Below, piece after piece: positions 61,517 through 64,000 of a stretch of DNA of 64,000 nt; position 1 is the stretch's first letter, and the number at the start of each line of letters is the position of its first letter. Position numbers and translations under genes: made by a program. Where the stretch lies: positions 192,001 through 256,000 of the forward strand of contig CAWGJO010000020.1 of NCBI GenBank assembly GCA_963822945.1, read 5' to 3'. This stretch comes from an uncultured Gemmatimonadaceae bacterium (GTDB taxonomy: Bacteria > Gemmatimonadota > Gemmatimonadetes > Gemmatimonadales > Gemmatimonadaceae). The notes beneath the pieces were generated by a model. That model saw only the letters and a program-made list of their open reading frames with translations, did no database searches and had not been told where the DNA came from.

Positions 61517-62770
61517 GTGAAGCGTATCGGGTTTCGCAGCCGGCTGTTTGTCATCCTCCTGTCGTTCGCCCTCGTACCCTCCGCGGTGCTGGCGACCGGC
61601 TGGTTCGCCACGAGCCGGTACGCCTTCTCGCTGGTCGGCGCCACGGCGGCGTGGGACAGCGTCGCGGCCAGCGGCGCGCGGGCCATCGATGCCATGCGGT
61701 CGGCACCCCTCACCGCGGCCCAGCGGCGGGCCATCAACGCGCACGAGCAGCGGCTCCACGACAGCCTGGTGCAGTCCAAGCGCGCCGGGTTCGTGTTCCA
61801 GCGGGCCGTCTACCTGGCCGGCGCCGTGATCCTCCTGTTCTCGTTGGGCGTGGTCGGGCTCGGCGCCTCCCGCGTCGCCGGCCACCTGAGCCGCCAGTTG
61901 AGCCGGCCGCTCATGGAGTTGATGGGGTGGACGGAGCGCATTGGGCGCGGTGAGATCCTGCCGCCGGAGTCGACCACGCGCGGCGCGCCGGAGTTCGAGG
62001 TCCTCCGGGGCCGGATGCGGACGATGGCCGACGAGATCGCGCTCGGACGCACGCGGGCCATCGAAGCCGAGCGGGCCGCCGCGCTCCGCGAGGCGGCCCG
62101 CCAGGCGGCGCACGAACTCAAGAACCCGCTCACGCCCATCCGATTCGCCGTCGCCCGACTGCGCCGGGATGCCCCGCCGGAGCTCGAGGAGACCGTGGAG
62201 GTGCTCGCCACGGAAACGGCCCGGCTGGAGACACTGGCCCGGAACTTCTCGCAATTCGGCAAACTGCCCGAAGGCCCCCGCTCGCCGGTGGACCTTGGGG
62301 AGATGGTGCGGTATACGGCGCGCGCCTCGGTGCCCGACGGCATGCCGCTCACGCTCGAGGTGGACGCGGCGGCTCCGATGGTGCTGGGCCACCACGATGC
62401 ACTGCAGCGAGCGCTGAGCAACGTGGTGCTGAACGCGGTGGATGCCTGCCGCGAGGCGGGGGGCGGGGCGATCACGGTACGCGTGGCGCCCGCCGGCTGC
62501 AGAGGGCGGGACGCGGTGGCGGTCGAGGTGCACGATACGGGACCGGGGATCCCGCCCGACCGGCTGGCCCGCATGTGGGATCCGTACGTGACGTTCAAAC
62601 CGGGCGGGACCGGCCTGGGGCTGGCCATCGCACGGCAGGCCATGTTGGCGCACGACGGCGAGGTGACGGCCGAGAGCGCGCCGGGCGAGGGGACGACCAT
62701 CCGGATGGTGATCCCGGTGGGCGCCGAGCAGCCGGTGGAGGACAGCGCAACCACAAGGAGTGAGGCATGA
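61517..62770 (+). CDS. HAMP-domain sensor histidine kinase (NtrY-like H-box)
   Basis: GTG after GGAGGGAGGG; two TMs; AHELKNPLTPI, N-box NVVLNA, DTGPGI, GGTGLGLAI. Confidence 0.94.
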   Translation: MKRIGFRSRLFVILLSFALVPSAVLATGWFATSRYAFSLVGATAAWDSVAASGARAIDAMRSAPLTAAQRRAINAHEQRLHDSLVQSKRAGFVFQRAVYLAGAVILLFSLGVVGLGASRVAGHLSRQLSRPLMELMGWTERIGRGEILPPESTTRGAPEFEVLRGRMRTMADEIALGRTRAIEAERAAALREAARQAAHELKNPLTPIRFAVARLRRDAPPELEETVEVLATETARLETLARNFSQFGKLPEGPRSPVDLGEMVRYTARASVPDGMPLTLEVDAAAPMVLGHHDALQRALSNVVLNAVDACREAGGGAITVRVAPAGCRGRDAVAVEVHDTGPGIPPDRLARMWDPYVTFKPGGTGLGLAIARQAMLAHDGEVTAESAPGEGTTIRMVIPVGAEQPVEDSATTRSEA

Positions 62771-63048
62771 GAGGGGAAGACATGATCGTCGCCGTCACCG
62801 GACTCGTCGTGGTGGCGTACATCTTTCGCAGCATCATCGGGCTGATCGGGCGGCGGCTCGACGCCAGGTCACGTCCGGCGTTCAACCCCGAGGCCGACCA
62901 GCGCCTGGCACGCATCGAGCAGGCCGTCGACGCAATTGCCGTCGAGGTCGAGCGTATTTCCGAAGGCCAACGCTTCACTACCCGCCTGCTGTCCGACCGC
63001 GGACAGGGCCAACCCGTTCCCGCATCCAAGCCTCCGGTGCAATCATGA
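62767..63048 (+). CDS. Small membrane protein with coiled-coil motif (paralog 1)
   Basis: TM, then [29 protein letters not shown] overlap with the kinase stop. Confidence 0.85.
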   Translation: MRGEDMIVAVTGLVVVAYIFRSIIGLIGRRLDARSRPAFNPEADQRLARIEQAVDAIAVEVERISEGQRFTTRLLSDRGQGQPVPASKPPVQS

Positions 63049-63377
63049 CGACCGCAATGCTGCTGCAGCAGGTCATTCTGCCCCCCGGCATCCCCGACAA
63101 TGCCGTCCCCGTGGTCGGCATCGTGTTCGGCACGATCATGATCATGGTGATCGTGACGCCGATCATCCGTGCGATCATCCGGGCCGTGGAACGGCGGCAC
63201 CAGCCGGCACCGGCCACGGCGCTGCCCGCCGACCTCGGGGCCCGGCTCGACCGCATCGAACAGACGGTGGATTCGATCGCCGTCGAGATCGAGCGGGTGT
63301 CCGAAGCCCAGCGATTCCTCACCCGCCTGCAGACCGAGCAACGCGCCATTCCCGGTGCCCAGCAACCGCCGCGCTGA
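63045..63377 (+). CDS. Small membrane protein with coiled-coil motif (paralog 2)
   Basis: TM, then [29 protein letters not shown] overlap with paralog 1. Confidence 0.85.
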   Translation: MTTAMLLQQVILPPGIPDNAVPVVGIVFGTIMIMVIVTPIIRAIIRAVERRHQPAPATALPADLGARLDRIEQTVDSIAVEIERVSEAQRFLTRLQTEQRAIPGAQQPPR

Positions 63378-63397
63378 CCACCGCCATCGGCCCGGCC

Positions 63398-64000
63398 ATG
63401 CCCAGCGTTCTGATCATCGACGATGAGCCCAACATCCGGCGGATGGTGGGCGCGCTGCTCGCCGCCGAGGGATTCGAGGTGCGCGACGCGGCCGACGGCG
63501 CCAGCGGCGTGATGCGCGCCGCCGAATCGGAGCCCGACGCGGTGCTGCTGGACCTGATGATGCCCGGAGAGTTGGACGGCATGGCCACGCTTCACAAGCT
63601 CCGCGAGACGGCGCCCGACACGCCGGTGGTGATGATGAGCGGCAAGGCGGGGCTGAGCGATGCCGTGAAGGCCACGAAGCACGGCGCGTTCAACTTTCTC
63701 GAAAAGCCGCTGAGCCCCGAAGGCGTGCTCCTGGCCCTCTCGTCGGCCATCGAACTGCGGCGGGCGCGCCGCGAAGCCAAGGCGTTGCGCGCCGAGGTGG
63801 GGCTGAGCGGAGAGATGGTGGGCACGAGTCCGGCCCTGGCGCGCGTGCGGGAGATGATCGCCCGGGTGGCGGCGTCCGACGCCCGGGTACTCATCAGCGG
63901 GGAATCGGGCACCGGCAAGGAACTGGTGGCGGCGGCGATCCACAACGCGAGTCCGCGACGCGACCGGCCGTTCGTGCGCGTCAACTGCGCCGCCATTCCG
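63398..64000 (+). CDS. NtrC/NtrX-family response regulator (REC + AAA+), truncated by the window end
   Basis: [50 protein letters not shown]. Confidence 0.95.
   Translation, partial: MPSVLIIDDEPNIRRMVGALLAAEGFEVRDAADGASGVMRAAESEPDAVLLDLMMPGELDGMATLHKLRETAPDTPVVMMSGKAGLSDAVKATKHGAFNFLEKPLSPEGVLLALSSAIELRRARREAKALRAEVGLSGEMVGTSPALARVREMIARVAASDARVLISGESGTGKELVAAAIHNASPRRDRPFVRVNCAAIP

Overview
GC-rich (~70% by eye) chromosomal window from a diderm bacterium. Gene content and family styles suggest Gemmatimonadota, but that assignment is inference. Housekeeping genes: metG (5'-truncated by the window), waaA, an F1-only atpAGDC block, a short sigma70, six tRNAs, rho-ruvX-mltG-rlmI-like, mutM, tdh-kbl, mpg and an NtrY/NtrX-like pair cut by the 3' edge. 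Accessory modules: (i) a TPM / nucleotidyltransferase / LemA operon; (ii) a ~15 kb sugar locus with GH27, two unclassified secreted glycosidase-like proteins, mutarotase, ABC importer, isomerase, ribulokinase and AraD, with a clear promoter and LacI-type operator; (iii) an M16 pair / patatin-beta-barrel / symporter operon; (iv) an ADOP-type permease preceded by an in-frame collapsed paralog; (v) a carbamoyltransferase / SxtJ-like / DUF5989-like / SGNH-TPR operon. Module (v) is the best candidate for an undescribed system. Its 52-aa single-TM peptide ends in FIYSIF, the Tyr hexapeptide pattern that DltX and PatA/AlgI use to shuttle acyl groups to SGNH-type transferases. This suggests an MBOAT-free cell-envelope O-carbamoylation relay (hypothesis). 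Five genes each carry a single +1 frameshift, most likely assembly errors. No CRISPR array, rRNA, integrase or transposase was seen.
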